Assembly: GCA_013239625.1 (NCBI GenBank)
Contig: MU053588.1
Coordinates: 2,118,508 to 2,182,507 of the forward strand
Origin: Lama guanicoe
Lineage: Eukaryota
Length of the DNA stretch: 64,000 nucleotides
Reading direction: 5' to 3'
Shown: piece by piece, positions 1-34,088 of the stretch
How the letters are laid out: each line of letters starts with the position of its first letter
Numbering within the stretch: the first letter of the stretch is position 1
Made by a program: the position numbers and the translations under genes
The notes under the pieces: generated by a model
What the model was told of the DNA's origin: nothing
Database searches by the model: none
The model's input: the letters and a program-made list of their open reading frames with translations, nothing else

Positions 1-129
1 CCAAAAAATAAGAAGAAAAAGATTTAAGGCAGAAACTGATAAAGCAGAAAAATAGAGAAGATCAACAGGAATCAAAACCTGGCAATTTGAAACTCTAAGA
101 TAAACACTCTTCAATCAAGACTGATAGAA

Positions 130-278
130 GGAGGAGGGCATAGCTCAGTGATAGAGTGCATGCCTAGCATGCACAAGGTCCTGGGTTCAATCCCCAGTAT
201 CTGCTTCCATTAAATAAATAAATAAACAAACCTAATTACCTTCCTCCCTAAAAAAAAAAAAAATGAGAAGTTTTTAAA
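130..278 (+). mobile_element. Young tRNA-derived SINE (camelid-type)
   Basis: GGAGGAGGGCATAGCTCAGTGATAGAGTGC...GGTTCAATCCCC A/B boxes, AAAT tail, 13-bp target-site duplication aagactgatagaa at 117-129 and 279-291. Confidence 0.9.
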
Positions 279-2027
279 AAGACTGATAGAAAAAAGAAAG
301 AGGCAATTAAAAAATGAATATCTAAAAAGGGGAGAAACTATAGCTATAGATATTTTTAAATGATAAAATAAACTTTTGAAATATATAAACCAATACACTT
401 GAAAATCTTGACAAAATGGACAAATTTCCACAAGAATAGAAAATACCAATACTGAAACAAGAAACAGTAAACTCTGAAGAGACCAACAACAATTAAAGAA
501 CCAGAAATGTAAGTTAAAAGAAGCCTCAGGAGGTTTAACAGGGGAATTCTACTAAACTTTCAAGGAACAAGGAACACTTGTGGTATACAGATTAATTATT
601 ACAGGGAAAAAAGAAGAAAAATTCACTTTACAAAACTGGTATATCCTTGATTCCTAAACTGAATAGTGACAATTTGGGAAATGAATATTAGAGACCCATT
701 TTACTTTCTAAGTGTAAATACAATTTCTAAATAAAATATTAGGTAAGAAAATATAAAAATGTATGAAAAATAAAAATAAACCACCATTGAGGAGGTTTTA
801 GTAAACATTAGAAAGTTAACAATGTAGTGCACTATATTATGGAATAAAGGAGGAAAGTCACATGGTCACCTTCATAGACTTTAAAAAAACTGATAAAGGT
901 CAACTTCCGTTTATGATAAAAGCTCTCAGAAAACTAGGGATAGAAAGGAACTTCCATAATTTGATAAGGTCTATCTACCAAAAATCTACCATACACTTAA
1001 CACAAAACCTTAAGCTCATTCCCTTCAAGATCAGGAAGAAGACACAGCTGAACACAATCCCTACTACTATTCATTCCTTGGGGTCCTGGCCATTGCAATG
1101 AATCATTATAAATATGTATATAAGTAATGGGAGGAAGGATGACAAAATTGTCATTATTCGGATGTGATCTGGTATTCCATACAGAAACTCCAAACCATTA
1201 AAACTAATGAGAGTCAGCAAATTGGCCACATGAAATATCAAATTGGAAAAATGAACAGCATTTCTCTACATAATAGTAAACAACTAGAAACCTTAATAAA
1301 AAATAAGGTTCCATTCATAATGGTAACAAAAGTTTAAAAGTAATCTAGGATGGATAAATAAATAAATAAATAAATAATCAATCGATTGATTGATCCATCA
1401 ATCTAGGAATTCACCTGTCAATCCACAAAGCTGTTTTTGAAGAAAAAAAATTTAATGTTATTATAGGACATAAAAGTAATCTAACAAATGGGGAGATGAA
1501 CCATGTTCATGAATGCAACAATTTAATATTATTAAGATGCTTCTGCTACCTAAATCAAGGTGTAAATTCAATGCAAGCCCAAATTCCAGAAAGTTTTTTT
1601 TTAGAAACACAATAAATGTATTCAAAAGTACATGTGGGAGAATCAAGACTCACAAATAGACAAGAATGGCAAAAAAGAAAGAAAGAAAAGAAAGAGAGAG
1701 AGAGGGATAAATAATTTTCTGTATCAGATAAAATTACCAAAAAGCCAGAATAAAGAAAACAAAGGTGGACTGGCACGTAAGCAGACAAACTAATCAAAGG
1801 AACAGAACAGAGAGGAAAGAAAGAGACACGTATACATAAAAGACATTAAGATATTTCAGAATTAGCATCCCAATCAGAAGGGAAGAGATGGATTGTTAAA
1901 GAAAAGTATTGGGAAGCTGGCTCCTTATCAGGAGAAAAGAAAGGTTGGTTCCCTACCTCTCACCATAATACAGAAGTCAAATAAATGGATTAGAGACCTA
2001 AATATGATAGATACATCTTACAAAGAC

Positions 2028-2612
2028 AGTATACTAATTTCACAGGGCTGCCATAACAAAGTACCATAAACCGAGTGGCTTAAAACAACAGAAACATATT
2101 GTCTCACAGTTCCGGAGGCTAGAAGTCCAAAATCAATGTGTCAGTGGGGCCATGCTCCTTCTGAAACCTGTAGGGGAATCCTTCCTTGCCTCTTCTTAGC
2201 TTTTGGTGATTTCTTGTCAATCTTTGGAGTTTCTCCATTTGCAGCTGCATAACTCCAACCTCAGCCTTTCTCATCACATGGCGTTCTCCCTCTGTGTGTC
2301 TGTCTTCAAATCGCTGTCTTCTTATAAGGACATCAGTCATATTGGATTAGGGGTTCACCCTCCTCCAGTATGACCTCGTCTTTGGGGGGGACTAGATTTA
2401 TTTATTTTAGCGGAGGTACTGGGGATTGAACCCAGGGACTAGTGCTAAGCATGTACTCTACCACTTGAGCTATACCCTCCCCCTGCCAGTATGACTTCAT
2501 CTTAATTTAACTAATTACACCTGCAACTACTCTATTTCCAAATAAGAGTGCATTCTGGAGTACGAGGGGTTAGGATTTCAACATATCTTTTGGGGAGAAT
2601 ACAATTCAATCC
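2028..2612 (-). mobile_element. MaLR solo LTR (MLT1C-like)
   Basis: gggctgccataacaaagtacca...aaacaacagaa...tctcacagttccggaggctagaagtcc signature. Confidence 0.75.
2383..2483 (-). mobile_element. tRNA-derived SINE nested in an MLT1 LTR
   Basis: Reverse complement of the same family; flanking duplication ccagtatgac at 2365 and 2486. Confidence 0.85.
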
Positions 2613-4254
2613 AGAATAGCTAGTAGAAAAATGCAGAATATCTTTATGACATTGGAGTGAATAAAGATGCTTAAACCAAGAAAATACAAGCCATATAGTG
2701 AAAATGAGATGAATTTGACTATAATAAGAATAAAGATTTCTTCCAAATAAAGACATGATTGAAAAAATTAACCAATGAGTGACAAACTGAGAGAAGATAT
2801 TTTCAGCTTCCAAAAATTGTGATTAATATCTAGAATATACAACAAAATACTGCAAATATTTGAGAATAGGAATCCCAGTATAAAAAAAACGGGCAAAAGA
2901 TATGAAAAGGTGATTAACATAAAAGGAAATCTAAGTGGCTAAGAAGTCTGAAGAGATGCTCAACCTCCTTCATAATCAGTTAGAAAATTACAACATATTT
3001 TTAATCCACCAGAGAGTCAAAATCAGAGGGAAACTAGTATTAGTGAGATATGTGGAATTTGGAACTATCAGGAACCTTTGGCTGGCATATTTCAATATGT
3101 ATATCCTATGATCCAGTAACCCTAATCTTGGTATGTAATCCAGAGAAACTCTCACACAAGTTCCAAAGGATCCAAGTACAAGATTGTTGATTGAAATATT
3201 GTGTGAGTAGCAAAGAATTCAAGGCAATGTAGGTCTTCTTCATTAATAGATGAATAATTAAGGATGGCGAATAAATTGTAGTGCTATGAAGCAAACAGAA
3301 GCAATGAACTGCATATACAAATACCAACATGGCATGCTCTTGAAACAATACTGAACAAAAAATGTAAAAGCAGAAATTTACTCGTTACAATTTTTGTAAA
3401 TTAAAAAAAATATATATATATAAAGCACTATACATCTTTTATAAATATAGACATACCCAGGAATCATAAATTAAACACAAATTAGAAAGTGTGTCTTTGA
3501 GGTGGAGGAAGAAATGGAGGTGGGAATGGTGATATGGAGAAAAAATAACATAAGAGAATAGCTTTACACAAACTATTGCTAACTGTGTCAGAAATGAAAC
3601 AGTATGGTAACAATTAGCTCTCAGAAAAACAACAACAACAAAAAAGAAGAATAAATGAATGAATGGGAAAAGAAGTACCAAGGAAATGTTAAGAAAAAAG
3701 ACACATTAAAAGTGAAAATCATTAGGAAGGACAACAAAGGATATTTCATACTTACAAAAGGAATCATTCACTGATGTCATATTAATATCACAAACCCTTG
3801 TGCACCTAACAGCATAACTTCAAAGTATACAAAGCAAAAATTGATACAGCTGAAAGGAGACATGAACATAACCTAACTCATAATGGGAGATTTTATTACA
3901 CCTCACAGAAGCCAATAGATCAAACAGGAAAAAAAGAGTAAGAATATAATAGTTAAAAACTAGATCATTAATAAACTTGTACAGTCAAATAATCTCTGAT
4001 CCCAATAACTAGAATGTACATTCTTTAAAAGTACATACAGAACACTTCCAAAACAAAACAAAAAATACAGCATACTAAGTCAAAAAGGAAATCTCAACAA
4101 ATTTCTAAGAAGTTACATCATTCAGAATACATTCGTCAAATAAAATTAGAAATCAATCACTAAAAGATGACCCAGGAAAAATCCACATACCTAGATACTG
4201 AAAACTGAATTTCTAAATAATTTGGGAGTAAACGGGGAGTGAAATTATGAAGTT

Positions 4255-4404
4255 TTATTTTATTTTTTTTACTTTTATATTTTTGAGGGGGGAGAAAATT
4301 AGGTTTATTTTAAAATTATTTTTAGTGGAGGTAACAGGGATTGAACACAGGACCTTGTGCAAGCTAAGCATGCACTCTACCACTGAGCTATACCCTCCTC
4401 CCCC
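4255..4404 (-). mobile_element. tRNA-derived SINE
   Basis: gctataccctcctcccc head on minus strand, T-rich tail, aaattatg flanks. Confidence 0.85.
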
Positions 4405-5989
4405 AAAATTATGGTTTTTTGGAACTGAATGACAATGAAAGCACTGCATATCAAAACCAGGGGTATACATAATAAAATAAACACTAACATGGAAAAAAAA
4501 TGAAGTCAACAATTAAGGCAGAAACTAATTAAATAAAATAAACCCCCTCCCCCCAAAAGTAGGAGAGATTATCAGTAAAACAAAAAGCTGAGAGTTTTTA
4601 AAAGACTAATAAAACTATAAAAATTTTTGGCAAGTTTGATCCAGAAAAATAAGGGAAGGAACAAATAAATATCAGAAAAGCCAAATGAAATATAACTCCG
4701 GACCCAAAAGATACATAAGAAGTAATGTGCAGAAACTTATGCTAATGAATCTGAAATCCTAGATGAAATAGATACACTCTAGGTAAACATAAATTACAAA
4801 AATTTATTCCAGGAGAAACTAATAAATCTGAATAAACAAATATCCACCGAAGAGGATGAAATTGTAGTCAAAGACCTACCAAAAAGGCAGCAAGCATGGA
4901 TGATCTTACAGCCAAGTTTTACCAGATCTTCAAAAAACAGATAACTCCAATATATCACAAACCATTCCAGATTGCAGGAAAAGGTAGGTGGTTCCCCCAA
5001 ATCATAGAACAGGGCGAGCATTCCCCTTAAGTCAAAACCAGGCAAGGAAAGCACAAGAAATAAAACCACAAGCCAATTCCATTCATAAAAACAAATGCAC
5101 AGCAACCCTAAATAAAATATTATTAAATCAAATCCAGCAATAGTGAAAGAGAGAAGGATGGTTCAGCATTAACAGATGAAGGCAGAAAAGTCATCTTATT
5201 ACATCAATAAATGCATAAAAAAGCATCTGATAAAAGTCAACCTCTAATTTAAAAAAAATCTTAGCAAATTAGGACTAAAGTTTGATAAAGGACTTCCACT
5301 AGAACTACTGAAAACATCACACTTAATGATGAAAACCTTAGGGGAATTCCTTTAAAAAGTCTAGAACAAGACAACGATTGTCCATTATCACCACTATCAT
5401 TCAACATTGTACTGGAACTCTTAGCCAAAGGGGGAGGAGTGAGAAATGAGTTATAAAGATTGGAAAAACTAAACTAAAAAAACTAAAGGCTTTTTTTTTT
5501 CAACAACAGTGTCATCTAGCTAGAACAGTGTGGAGAATTATCTGTCAAGCTATTCTAGAACAAGTAAGAGTAAGTTCAACAAGTTAGCCAGATCCAAGAT
5601 CAGCATTATAACCCCAACAGCAGTAACTGATTAGGAAAAAAAATAACAAAATCCCAGCCATAAGTAATTAAGTAAAAACAGTAAAGTTCCAGTGAATGGA
5701 CCAAAGAAAGCAGGTACAAGATACCCCAGGACAAAACTATACCGAAGTCCAAGAATAAAAGACTCAGTATTACAAAGTCATAGTCTCTCCAAACTAATAA
5801 TTTATTCATTACAATTCCAATCAAAATCCAAAGGATTTTTTATGAATTTGACAAATGCCATCCCACTCCCCATTTCCACTGCAGAGCCCACCAGGTTTAG
5901 AACCAAGTCAGATCCCTTTCCTCACCCAAGTCAAGGCACCAGCTTGGAGACCACCTGTTCTACCGCTCTCCTGTGTCTTTGACTTGCAT

Positions 5990-6662
5990 CACCCCATAAG
6001 CAATTGGTAAACAATAATGATGTCAGCAAAGCACAATCATACTGGTTAATATGCAATTTTCTCTAGGAAGGGAATGTTTTGAAGCAATCTAGGGCAAGTT
6101 TTCTCACAGTTAAAGAGGAAGCCTTAGTAATAAAAGATGTTAAGAGGAAAAGCTGCAACCCTACAGAAATGCATTCCTTTAGATCCACAGCGGATAGTTT
6201 AGTGATTTCAAAGACCGTAACGCTTGCTACAATGGTATGGTATGTAGCAGAGGTGTGAACTCTGATGAAGAAACTGCAACGATATTTTCTCAAAATAACA
6301 GATTAGTGAAGAAGACTACACCTTGGATCCGAATTTTAATTTTGAAACAAATGGTCTCCATCAGAAGTTAATATTTCCAGACCATCATCTCCAAGGAAGA
6401 AGCACAAACCCCAGCCTTTACGATTGCAAAGAAGGCGCTGAAGTTACCGCCAAGCTCAAAGGCCGGTGGAAATCTGTCTAGTATTTCTATTAGAATCGTT
6501 ACTGGCTTTGTAGCACTCTGATTATACAGTTGCATACTTCTTGAGCAATCCGTCCTAATTCTATTTTTCCCATAAAATAAAGCCTTTTATTTTGAGTGCA
6601 GTTTTGCACAACTCCAGGTTTTTCAGGAAAGCATGTATCGGGTTACAGCAGAAGCGCCTGTA
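5990..6662 (-). mobile_element. Old TcMar-Tigger fragment (Tigger13/14-like)
   Basis: The minus-strand end gctgtaacccgatacatgctttcctgaaaaacc...atgggaaaaatag resembles ancient Tigger termini; left boundary uncertain. Confidence 0.45.
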
Positions 6663-7199
6663 CTTAGAATAAAGTGGGGCTTCTCGTTCAACAAGCATTC
6701 TTGAGAGACCCTTAGTTTCCCTCACAAGTAGCCAGGAGAGCAGGTACCCACTTCCCTCCGAGTGTAGAACAACTTCTCAGGAGATCGTGCGGCAAGTGTC
6801 TGGAGTTGGGGCACCGGAGCCCATGGTGGTTCCCCTCTTCTCTCCTCGAGCCAGATCCCCAGGCCACTCAGGAGAGGCTAGGTGAAAAGACCCAGAATTT
6901 TGCGGCTTACAAGCTTAAAGATCACGAGCAAGTCCGAACCTCTGCAGGGTTCAGTTTCCTCATTCTTTAAATGGGAAGGCAGTGTTGTAAAAATCACGGT
7001 TGTCGTGGTGGCGGTTTGTAAGTTTAAAATCTACCTTTGATTCTTGTTGTGCCATTTATAATTGTGACCTTGGACAAGTAACTTTACTTCTCTATGCGTC
7101 ATCTGTAAAATGGGGACTTTGCGAGGGTTTAATGATACCATGTGTGCAAAGCACTTAGCATAAGATGCACGTTAAGCCCCTGTTAATAAATTGAAGTTT

Positions 7200-22955
<15,756 letters not shown>

Positions 22956-23210
22956 GGCCTGCCCACCACCGCCCGCCTGGGCAGCCATGAATGTAGCGCC
23001 CCAGGCCCCGCCCCAGCCCACCATGCCACAAGGCAGGGGAGGCCCTGGGCAGGATACTCACTCTATTTATTGGGGAAGGGGAGTGGGAGGGCACTTAATT
23101 TATTCCCTTGTACCCCAGGGGGGCCCTGTGCCCACCCTGTGGTTGGGGGGAGGGTGGGCAGGGATACTCAGGGACAGGGCATCACGGGGAGATTCGGCAC
23201 AAAATGCAGC

Positions 23211-23216
23211 ATTAAA
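23211..23216 (+). terminator. Probable MAP3K10 polyadenylation signal ATTAAA
   Basis: ATTAAA about 255 nt after the stop, followed by GT-rich sequence (ctgtgtgtctttcc). Confidence 0.65.
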
Positions 23217-23507
23217 GGTAACCCCTACCCCCTACCGGGCATGGCTGTGTGTCTTTCCGTGGCCCAGGCCCTGATCCTAGGTCATCCCCAATGGGACACC
23301 CCCGCCACCCCATGCTCCCTTACAGGCCTCTCTGGATTTCTGAGGTCCAAGGGGTGGAGCCCAGGCCCATGTCCCCTCCAGGGCCCCCATAAGAATACCA
23401 CACAAAGAGGTTATGGTCACCAGTCACAAGTGCTTTACCAGTGAACACGAGTTGGGGGAAGTTACACGGTGAGGGAGTGGGGTGGGGACTGTCCCCCCCG
23501 GTCAGCC

Positions 23508-25662
<2,155 letters not shown>

Positions 25663-27882
25663 CTACCGCATCGCCCCCCGCGGGGCCGGTCCCCACCCTT
25701 TCTCCGCCCCCGCACCTCCAGCAGCCGACTCCGGCTGCCCCCTATGGGTCTAGAGAAACCCCTCAATACTTCCCCACTCTCTCCTCCAAATCTCTTCTTC
25801 CCACTCCCCTTACCCTCCACACCCTCCTGCCTTCTCTCCTCTCCTATGCCCAAAGCCAACAAACCTTTCTAGAAAGAAAGAACAAGTCTGGGGAAAAGAG
25901 CAGGAAGATAATCTCGTGGAAAGCTGGTTTCAGCCCGCTTAGCATTTGGCATAGTGGATAAGAACACAGGCCATGGACTCAAGGTGCCCCAGATTCAAAT
26001 CCCTGCCTATTTTCTCACTAGTTACATGGGTTGGACAAATCACCGAAATTATCTGGAACTCTGTATCCTCATCAGTAACACAGGACTATGATAGCTGCTT
26101 TGGAACCCATTCGTTTATCTCTGCAACAAACAAATACTGATATGTGTCTGTGTTCATCTGGGCTGCACGATGCTGGGACATAGGAGAGACTGAGAGCCTC
26201 AGGCCCTACCGTCACTGGGTCCCTGGACAAGTGCGGAGACAGATCAATGATGCAGCCGTGGGCCCCCAGAGTTGGCCAGCCTGAGGAGTCCAGGCAGAGG
26301 GGTCGGGGCTGGGATGGGGGAAGTGCAACAGGCTCTGAGGGCTTACAGGAGGCCCCTGGCCTAGGAGAGGTGGTGAGTGAAGACTTCCTGGAGGAGGCGA
26401 GAACTGTATGAACTAGAGAGATCTGCTTCTTGCCTTCACTGAACTCAGTCTCTGCATAGGAAAAGCACTGGGAAAGCAGTCAAATGATAGCCCAGAGTAA
26501 GGAGCACAATAAGAAAAGTGTACAGAAAACACCTGAAAAGCTTTTGAAAGAAAAACTGATGGTGAATGATTATCCTTCAACCCTTCTTAGCCGCCTTCTC
26601 AGCAGTGGGACCTTGGCCAAGCGCCTTGATCTTTCTCCACCTTCCTTCTGTGTAACACGGAGATAACAAGCAAGCTAACTTCTGAGTAGCTGTAGGGACT
26701 GAATTACATTATGCGGGTAAAGCACGTAGCACAGTGCCTGGTGCAGTAATAGGCAAATGACAACCGGTGCTTATCACCCCGAGACTGTGAGATATGTGAT
26801 AAGTGCCTGACTCTGAGCCAGCATTCGCAAATAGTTGTTGAATGAATGAGTGAATGGGTAACTTTATGTGTTAGCACCATTACCCCCAAGACCATAGCTT
26901 GGGTCTCATTCACAAGCACCAAGACTATATTTCCCCCATCCCCGCCTCCTCCCACCACACATTCTTCCCCTGGAAGTCCAATGGCATGTCCCACCCACCA
27001 GGCCCAAACCTGAACTTGACACCTTCCATCTCAACTACAGCATCTGTTTCTATATTTTAATGTTCGTTGCTGAGTTTCTCCCTGACCCCTGATCCTCCAA
27101 ACTTGAACACCTCAGTGGTGGAAATTTCTTCCTCTCTGCACCTCCAAACCCAGGCTTGGTTAACAGTCTAATATTCCTGAGATTAGATTCCAGAACAGCA
27201 TCGGTCACCTTTCTGCACCTCGGGCGTGTTTTTGTTTTAATTAAAAACATGGAGACCCACTGATTCATAACAATTACTTGCTGAGCATCTACTAAATGTC
27301 TAGGTGCTTAGGAGACAATAGTACCTAACTCACAGTCCTGCTGGGATGCAATGCTGGCACTTTCACAACACCTACTAGGTATCAGACATGGTCCTAAAGC
27401 TTAACGTTGATGTTAACTCACATCCCCATCACACAACCGCAAGGTCGGTGCTATAGTTATACCCATTGCCACTGTGGCACTCCAGAGGTTAAGTAAATTA
27501 GATTCCATTTAACAAAAGTGCGTGCTATCACAAATGGATGACCCTCACAGGCCAGCATTTGTGATGTGCTGGGCTTGTGCAACCATTAAACAGATTGAAT
27601 TCGTTGCTAACATATAAAAGCAGAGAGATTTATGGAATCACAGATTGTCAGCTTCACGAACGAAGGCTGAAAATCTGGCAACATCAAAGTAGCTTTCCTC
27701 ATGAGTAGGCCGGGGATTCTCAGTTTCTCACAGTCCCCATTCCTCCTACCTTCTCTCCAACCCAAAGATCGAGGATCATTCAGCTTGTGTTGCAATTTTC
27801 CTCTCAGCATCTCGGACTCCTTCAAGCATTTGCGTTTGGGATCCCCGGTTTACCCCGCTGAGCGGCGCTTTTGGAAGCCCGC

Positions 27883-27899
27883 CAGTGCCCCCTGGCGGC
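27883..27899 (-). promoter_or_regulatory. CTCF core motif between TTC9B and CCNP
   Basis: Minus strand GCCGCCAGGGGGCACTG. Confidence 0.65.
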
Positions 27900-28061
27900 G
27901 GAATACAGAATTCTCATCGCGTCTCCCAGTCGCCTTTAAGAGATTTGGTGAGAACATCCAATCAGGTGGACAAGACGCCAGAGAAGTGACTAATCAAAAG
28001 CGAGAGATGGGCCAAAATTCGACCAATGAGGACAGAGAGCGCACGGAATAAAAGAAACTCT

Positions 28062-28067
28062 TTTATT
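28062..28067 (-). terminator. CCNP polyadenylation signal AATAAA
   Basis: Plus-strand tttatt 49 nt past the modelled CCNP stop. Confidence 0.75.
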
Positions 28068-28115
28068 AAAGTGGGAGACGGACGCACACAGTATTTTTTG
28101 TTGAGGTCTCCGGGC

Positions 28116-32027
<3,912 letters not shown>

Positions 32028-32099
32028 CCTCCAGGCTGGCTTCAAGGGCCAAGCCAAGCGCCCAACTCTCCGCTGGAGCAGAGGATCCGTGGCAGGCCC

Positions 32100-32125
32100 T
32101 TTAAATGCGCCTGGGCGCATGCGCA
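32100..32125. promoter_or_regulatory. CCNP proximal promoter: NRF1 palindrome plus TTTAAA element
   Basis: GCGCATGCGCA at 32115-32125; TTTAAA at 32100-32105, about 75 nt upstream of the ATG. Confidence 0.65.
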
Positions 32126-33608
32126 CTGAGAACGCCGCACCTGGCCAGGTGCATAGGCAGTGACGAATGTTCTACAGGCTAGCCCGGCCCCCTCCAAACC
32201 CTCTAGGTCAGACAGCTGGATCAAATCTGCGTCCTGCTACTTACTACATGATCAGAAGCAGCCCCTCGAAGCCTCACTTTCCTTAGCTATAAAGTAGGGA
32301 TTTCAAAACTCATCTGACAAGAGTTGTCCCGAGGATTTCATAAGATTATATTTGTTAAATGTTCAGCATGGAGCTTAACACAGTAAAACCTCAAGGCATA
32401 GAAGCTATAAGTCACTTAACAAATACCGATGGAAGGCTTCTGTTCCTTGTAGTGGGTACTTAAGAATGAGCAAATCACCTGTAGTTGCTGCCTTTCCCCA
32501 AACCCGCAGCCTACCATGGAGGTGGTGATTGGGACCAGTCACCAGCGACCTGCCTGGACTAGTGCAGCGGCCTCTTCATTGCTCTCGCAGTACCTATCTG
32601 CAGCCAGAAAGGATCTTGTGACACCTGAAAGTCATAGCACACTCTGCCTCTGTTCAGAATATCATGGCTCCCATGTCCCTCAGGTTGAAAGTCCAAGAGG
32701 CTCTATAGTACCTCCCTACCTGAACACGACTCCCATCCTCCTCCCTTGTCCCTCTCTCATCACACTGGCCTACTGGCTCATCCTTGCCCACACAAGGCAC
32801 ACAACTACCTCAGGGCCTTTGCACTGGCTAGTCCCACTGCCCAAAACCTCAGAGAGCCCTCACTTACCATAAAGTGTTTACTCAGATGTTACTTTCTCCA
32901 TGAAAAGTGCCACCCTGAGCATTCCCTGTCCCTATTCTCTGCACTTATTCTCTCCTGAGCACTTACTGCCTTATTTACTGTCTCTTTCCTGACTAGAACC
33001 CCATGAGGGCAAAGCTAACCTAGGTTTGGGTTTTGTTTTTTGTTTTCATTGCTGTATTCTCAGTGCCTAGAACAGGGCTTGTCACATAGTAAGTACTCAA
33101 ATATTTGTTGAATGAATGAGTAAACAGGCTGGATGTAATCTAAAAATGATGACCTGGAAGGGCCTCTCTGATGATGTTGGTGATGAGGTGATGTTGAAAC
33201 TGAAACCTGTAAGAGGAGGAGCCAGAAATGCAAAGAGAAGGGAGAATATTCCAGGTGGAGGGAACAGCATGAACAAAGGCCCTGAGGGAGGAAAGAACTT
33301 GCTATTTTCAAGCATGGAGATGTCAGTGAGGCTGGAAAAGAGGAGTGTGATGCTAGGCCAGTGGCTTCCTGTCATACTTGCTCCTTACCTTGGTCACAAG
33401 GTCCTTTTGGCCCATGGTTACCTCTCTAACTTTATTTCCTCCCACTCTCCCCCTCCCTCACCGCTGCTGGAGACACCCTGTCTTCTTTATGTTCTCCAAA
33501 AACATCAGGCACCTGCCTGCCTCAGGACTTTTACATTCACTGTTCCCTTTGCCCGAACGCCTGATAAGAACCTGAATATTTATATTCTCAGAGTATCTCT
33601 GCACAATA

Positions 33609-34088
33609 CAGGCAGACCTCAGAGATGCTGCAGGTTTGGTTCCAGACCACCGCAGTAAAGCAGATATAGTAATAAAGTGAGTCACACAAATGTTTTGGTT
33701 TCCCAGTGCATATAAAAGTTGTTTACACTATACTGTAATCTGTTACGTGTGCAACATTATGGCTAAAGAAACAATGTACACACCTTAATTTTAAAATATT
33801 TATTGCTGGGGGAAGCATATGGCTCAGTGGTAGAGTGCATGGTTAGCATGCATGAAGTTCTGGGTTCAATCCCCAGACCTCCATTTAAAAATTTTTTTTA
33901 AATAAATAAACTTAATTACCTCCTCACTCCCCCCTGCAACAACAACAAAAATACAAAAAAAAAAGCACGTTATTGCTAAAAATGTTAACCATCATCTGAC
34001 AACACAGTGTTGCCACAATCCTTCAGTTTGTAAAACATGCAGGATCTGTGGTGAACAATAAAGTGAAACACGAGACGAGATGTGCCTG
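33609..34088 (+). mobile_element. Internally deleted Tigger1 derivative (MITE)
   Basis: TA|caggcagacctc...gagatgtgcctg|TA inverted termini with TA target duplication; Tigger1 5' sequence ggttccagaccaccgc. Confidence 0.8.
33808..33969 (+). mobile_element. tRNA-derived SINE nested in a Tigger1-derived element
   Basis: GGGGGAAGCATATGGCTCAGTGGTAGAGTGC..; target-site duplication ttattgct at 33800 and 33970. Confidence 0.87.

Larger units (their letters stand above)
1..5850 (+). mobile_element. Cluster of degraded L1 (L1M) fragments interrupted by SINEs and MLT1
   Basis: A-rich plus strand with ORF2-like remnants (ataaaagctctcagaaaactagggatagaaagg; agatcaggaagaagaca); no intact ORF. Confidence 0.75.

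Noticed and set aside
130..205. tRNA-like sequences with A and B boxes (also at about 2410-2483, 4330-4404, 33808, 51225)
   Set aside because: They have AT-rich tails, target-site duplications and mutual divergence, so they are SINE heads rather than tRNA genes.
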